From positions 1 through 21,780 of the forward strand of contig NW_021823659.1 of the NCBI RefSeq assembly GCF_006345805.1: a stretch of DNA of 21,780 bases, written 5' to 3'. Below are positions 20,448-21,780 of the stretch, one piece after another. Within the stretch, counting starts at the first letter, position 1; each line of letters opens with the position of its first letter. The stretch comes from Octopus sinensis. Taxonomy: Eukaryota. The position numbers and the translations under genes were made by a program. The notes below the pieces were generated by a model. It saw only the letters and a list, made by a program, of their open reading frames with translations, had not been told where the DNA came from and did no database searches.

Positions 20448-20522
20448 GTATGTATGTATGTATGTATGTATGTATGTATGTATGTATGTATGTATGTATG
20501 TATGTATGTACGTATGTATGTA
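20448..20522. repeat. (ATGT)n microsatellite
   Basis: Direct reading. Confidence 0.95.
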
Positions 20523-20767
20523 CGTCATTGTTCAGTTTTATTTCAAGATTTCTTGCCAGTAGAGAAAGAGCCAGCTTCTAATCTAGATCCATCACCAACG
20601 AGTGAAAAGTACGTAAACGTACAGAACTAAGTACAGAACAAAATATATAAGGAAGTTTAACTCCTCCTCAGTTGTTGACTGTTTATTACTACCTGTTTCG
20701 AGCTTTCAACGACAAGCCAGGAAAACTTCATAAGACAGCAGCATCCCAAAATTTGAAAATATAAATT

Positions 20768-20815
<48 letters not shown>

Positions 20816-20827
20816 TATAGTAAATGG

Positions 20828-20945
20828 TCTGCATTTTAATTGATGTAATGATTGCACTGTTCAATTAAATGGAGTTGCATGAAACGATCGTACTGCATTA
20901 CCTCTGGATATCCTTGTTGCCTATATATATATATATAATAAATTA

Positions 20946-21005
<60 letters not shown>

Positions 21006-21243
21006 ATATATATATAATTAAAATAAGCAGCAAGAATATTCAGAGCTTATGCAGTACGATCGTTTCCAGCATAGAATTTACTAAGTTTTTCAAAAAGATA
21101 TATATTGTTACAGACTCTGCATGTCACTTTGTGCAGCTGAAGATTTGCTCTACATTTTAAATTGATGTAATAATTTCATTGTTCAATTAAACGGAGTTGC
21201 ATGAAACGATCGTACTGCATTACCCCTGGATATCTTTGTTGCT
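20828..21243 (+). repeat. About 95-bp direct duplication (20828-20921 and 21149-21243), with (TA)n at 20772-20812 and 20923-21017
   Basis: Shared GTTCAATTAAA.GGAGTTGCATGAAACGATCGTACTGCATTACC.CTGGATATC.TTGTTGC. Confidence 0.9.
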
Positions 21244-21615
21244 TATTTTGATTTTAATCACCTAACTTTGAAATTGTACGGATAATACCGCACTAAATTC
21301 TGGTGCCTCAGCTTAAGTACCGTATTCATCTGACTCTAAATCTTTGCTGAACTCATCTACCATACCCAATATATATATACATATATACATATACATGAAT
21401 ATATACATATATACATACATACATACATTCACACATAAGACGTTAGTTAACGGTGAAGTACTTGACAACGACACAGTCGGTTCTATATATTTGTATATCT
21501 CTTCAAAAGATATTGCCTAATAGTGGTTTTATCTCTAATTTGATATATATATTTATACTATAAAATTAGATTTAATCCTAAATCAATTTTTCCCTGTAAG
21601 TTTGGATTTACTCCC

Positions 21616-21616
<1 letters not shown>

Positions 21617-21702
<86 letters not shown>

Positions 21703-21704
21703 TA
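21617..21704. repeat. (ATT)n plus (TA)n microsatellite
   Basis: Direct reading. Confidence 0.95.
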
Positions 21705-21780
21705 TCCAAACATGAAAGCACAAAAAACACATAACGACGCGAGGACGTGGAACAAATATGTATTATGGACGCTCAGGAAA
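21705..21780 (-). mobile_element. 3' part of a second copy of the hammerhead-bearing element, cut by the window end
   Basis: Its reverse complement matches 6427-6505 (GAGCGTCC..TATTTGTTCCACGTCCTCGCGT..GTGCTTTC). Confidence 0.85.

Noticed and set aside
18725-20630. HTYI/MYVC-repeat ORFs
   Set aside because: Translations of (ATAC)n and (ATGT)n microsatellites.

Overview
Eukaryotic, repeat-saturated genomic DNA, very probably from an octopus/coleoid cephalopod. This is inferred from the tRNA-derived SINE families and the TA/ATT/ATAC microsatellite load; it was not checked against a database. I can support no intact host gene, and nearly all ORF-track entries are microsatellite or low-complexity artefacts. 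Contents: (1) a fragmented L1/Tx1-type LINE fossil on + (CCHC ORF1 remnant near 3.9 kb; APE start plus post-RT C-terminus at 8.2-9.5 kb, RT missing); (2) a 5'-truncated CR1/L2-group LINE with APE tail, RT and 3' end (13.15-15.7 kb); (3) an R4/Dong RLE-LINE 3' fragment (17.4-17.8 kb, minus); (4) three SINE groups in about 10 copies; (5) a piggyBac-type MITE with TTAA TSD; (6) a 37-bp minisatellite; (7) small TA-flanked Penelope-like elements. Best leads: a roughly 185-bp TA-flanked element carrying a minimal, dimer-type hammerhead ribozyme fold (6376-6410); a SINE trimer inside a single 15-bp TSD whose junctions fall where the SINE 3' end is complementary to its own head; and a LINE 3' tail shared with a co-resident SINE family.
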